IMG/VR virus record: IMGVR_UViG_3300041409_000458
Direction: 5' to 3' (one strand)
DNA: 52,958 nt
Source: a virus
Lineage: Duplodnaviria > Heunggongvirae > Uroviricota > Caudoviricetes
This document shows, in pieces, positions 51,197 through 52,958 of this stretch (position 1 is the stretch's first letter; each line of letters starts with the position of its first letter). A program made the position numbers and the translations under genes. The notes beneath the pieces are model-generated. The model searched no databases. It saw nothing but the letters and a program-made list of their open reading frames with translations, and was not told the DNA's origin.

Positions 51197-51433
51197 ATGC
51201 CTAATATTAGTTTACCAACAGGAAAGGTCATATATCTCTCCACCTATGAGTGGCTCTTCAAACTAGAAGAAAAGGATGTTGACGAATTTTATCAGAATTC
51301 TATAGCTGACGATTTAGGGGTTTTCATAGAAAATCCGTTTTCAGCAACTTGTCCGCAAGGTAAGATAGAAGTTGAAGATATACCTGATATCATTCTCTCC
51401 GAAGAGACAGCAGTAGCAACGGACTGGAACTAA
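51197..51433 (+). CDS. Small acidic conserved phage protein
   Basis: 78 aa, MPNISLPTGKVIYLSTYEWLF...ENPFS. Confidence 0.7.
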   Translation: MPNISLPTGKVIYLSTYEWLFKLEEKDVDEFYQNSIADDLGVFIENPFSATCPQGKIEVEDIPDIILSEETAVATDWN

Positions 51434-51439
51434 AGTTTT

Positions 51440-51471
51440 TTTGGTAAAGACAAATAAATGTCTTATATTGT
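51440..51471 (+). promoter_or_regulatory. Bacteroidota-type promoter (degenerate -7 element) for the tail-fibre gene
   Basis: TTTG(51440)-N20-TATATTGT. Confidence 0.55.
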
Positions 51472-51522
51472 CTTTAAGATACTGATATCACTCTAATATA
51501 TCAGAAATAAGATATATAAACT

Positions 51523-52958
51523 ATGCAAGATTTAACTCCAATTGGCTTACAAAGACAGATTAATCGTCTATCTAAGCTAAAATACAAACAAATTCTTTAT
51601 AGTGACGGACCCTTATCCGGTCCGTCAAGCTGTTGTCATGTCTTAGGAATAGATAATTCCTCAGGCGACATCTACTATAAAGATGAAAGTGGTAATTGGG
51701 CATTAATAGCTTCTGGTGGTGGTGATGCTTGGTTATTAGGGGGTAATGTAGGAATAGATCCAGATGTTAATTTTATTGGCACAACGGATGATGTACCTTT
51801 TACAATTAGAGTAAATAATGAAAAAGCTGGTTATATATCCTCTGATCAAGGAATTATTGCTCCAAATACCTCTTTTGGCTATAGAGCTTTAGAGGCAATT
51901 ACTGATGGTGATGACAACGTTGCTTTTGGTAGATTAGCTTTATGTTCTCTAACTACAGGAAATGATAATGTAGCAATAGGTGAATTTGCTGGTGGTATAG
52001 CAAATTTAGGAATTACTGATGGTAGTTTTAATACTTTAATTGGAGATGAGTGTGGTAGTAATATAAATGGAGATAATAATACCTTTATAGGAGCATTATC
52101 TGGATTCGGAGATACTCATTTCTCAACAGCTCTTATTAATAATAATATAGGAATAGGTTCTTTTGCTGGAAGATATAATAACACAGAATCAGACAGAGTA
52201 TTTATAAACTCTTTAGATAGAATTGATTATAATGGAGACCAAACTGAGTCACCAATATATATACAACAAAATTCAGCAATTACTAATCAACTAATAAGGA
52301 TAAATGGTTCACTAGGTGTAAATATTTATCCTACTTCAATATTACAAACTAATGGCTCATTTGGCGCTAATGTAACGTATGTAGGTGAAGATACTACGCT
52401 GGATGCATCCCACTATGCTGTATTGGTAGATGCGTCTGCAGGAGATGTTGTTATATCTCTACCCACCGTAACTACCAGTTTTGGCCGTATTTACAATATA
52501 AAAAAGATTGATGATAGCGCCAATATAGTTACCATTGATGGATCGGGAACACAGAGGATAGATGGATCATTTACAAAAACACTATCAACTCGGTGGGCCA
52601 GCATACAGATACAAAATGACGGGACATTTGCGTGGTACAGCTCAGCCACGGTAGGTACTATACCCTCTCTTACAAGTACTTATGTAGGGTATGGAGATGG
52701 AAGTAATTTGTTGACAGGGAGTGACCAGTTTACATACGATGGAACTAATCTTGCATTAGGACAAGATGGAGTTAATTTAACGTTTTTTGCAAGAGGTGAT
52801 AATCATAATGTATACATAGGCGATTTGGATGCTGAAACAAACGGGAATCAAATCAGACTTACCAACACCGCTAATTTAGCCTACTACGACAACACAGCAC
52901 ACACAGGTAAGTTTGGGATAAATACTAATGCGCCTGATGTCGCATTAACTGTTTTTGG
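51523..52958 (+). CDS. Tail fibre/adhesin-like protein, partial (runs off the window; absent from the ORF track)
   Basis: Open frame of 478 codons translated by hand; WLLGGN...NFIGTTDD..F.IRVNN motif, N.A.G..AL beta-helix repeats, SLP...GRIYNIKKID..AN.VTIDG module. Confidence 0.82.
   Translation, partial: MQDLTPIGLQRQINRLSKLKYKQILYSDGPLSGPSSCCHVLGIDNSSGDIYYKDESGNWALIASGGGDAWLLGGNVGIDPDVNFIGTTDDVPFTIRVNNEKAGYISSDQGIIAPNTSFGYRALEAITDGDDNVAFGRLALCSLTTGNDNVAIGEFAGGIANLGITDGSFNTLIGDECGSNINGDNNTFIGALSGFGDTHFSTALINNNIGIGSFAGRYNNTESDRVFINSLDRIDYNGDQTESPIYIQQNSAITNQLIRINGSLGVNIYPTSILQTNGSFGANVTYVGEDTTLDASHYAVLVDASAGDVVISLPTVTTSFGRIYNIKKIDDSANIVTIDGSGTQRIDGSFTKTLSTRWASIQIQNDGTFAWYSSATVGTIPSLTSTYVGYGDGSNLLTGSDQFTYDGTNLALGQDGVNLTFFARGDNHNVYIGDLDAETNGNQIRLTNTANLAYYDNTAHTGKFGINTNAPDVALTVF

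Noticed and set aside
1-52958. Stop-codon reassignment (TAG to Gln or TGA to Trp) as in some crAss-like phages
   Set aside because: Very long ORFs are intact under code 11, TAG and TGA end plausible genes, and no CTA, TCA or TTA anticodon tRNA was found.

Overview
A 53-kb, AT-rich, almost entirely plus-strand segment of a large crAss-like (Crassvirales-related) phage of a Bacteroidota host. The host call rests on about a dozen TTTG-N20-TAnnTTTG sigma-A-type promoters. From left to right the window holds: (1) Cys-rich structural genes, including a tandemly duplicated two-gene module; (2) a 28-gene tRNA array (6.2-13.6 kb) covering all 20 amino acids, interleaved with HNH endonucleases, a YkuK RNase H-like gene and several non-tRNA structured RNA candidates; (3) a DEDD exonuclease; (4) the crAss-type tail and cargo module (IHF-like protein, two ring proteins, ClpP-family protease, 1569-aa tail stabilization/muzzle protein, cargo proteins, M15 peptidase, 4705-aa virion RNA polymerase with a DFDVD motif, 1742-aa PD-(D/E)XK-containing cargo protein); (5) the start of a tail-fibre gene. 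The main finding concerns the tRNA array, which is split into three blocks. Each block is preceded by a short leader ORF, missed by the ORF track, that overlaps an antiterminator/terminator switch. Each leader carries an uninterrupted run of codons for exactly the amino acids served by the tRNAs of its own block (RQWHTPTCTQCPF; NMIVDRMIGANEK; SYYSSLSLL). This suggests tRNA-depletion-sensing attenuators that switch on phage tRNA supply. All calls were made by eye; no database searches, folding runs or k-mer counts were performed.
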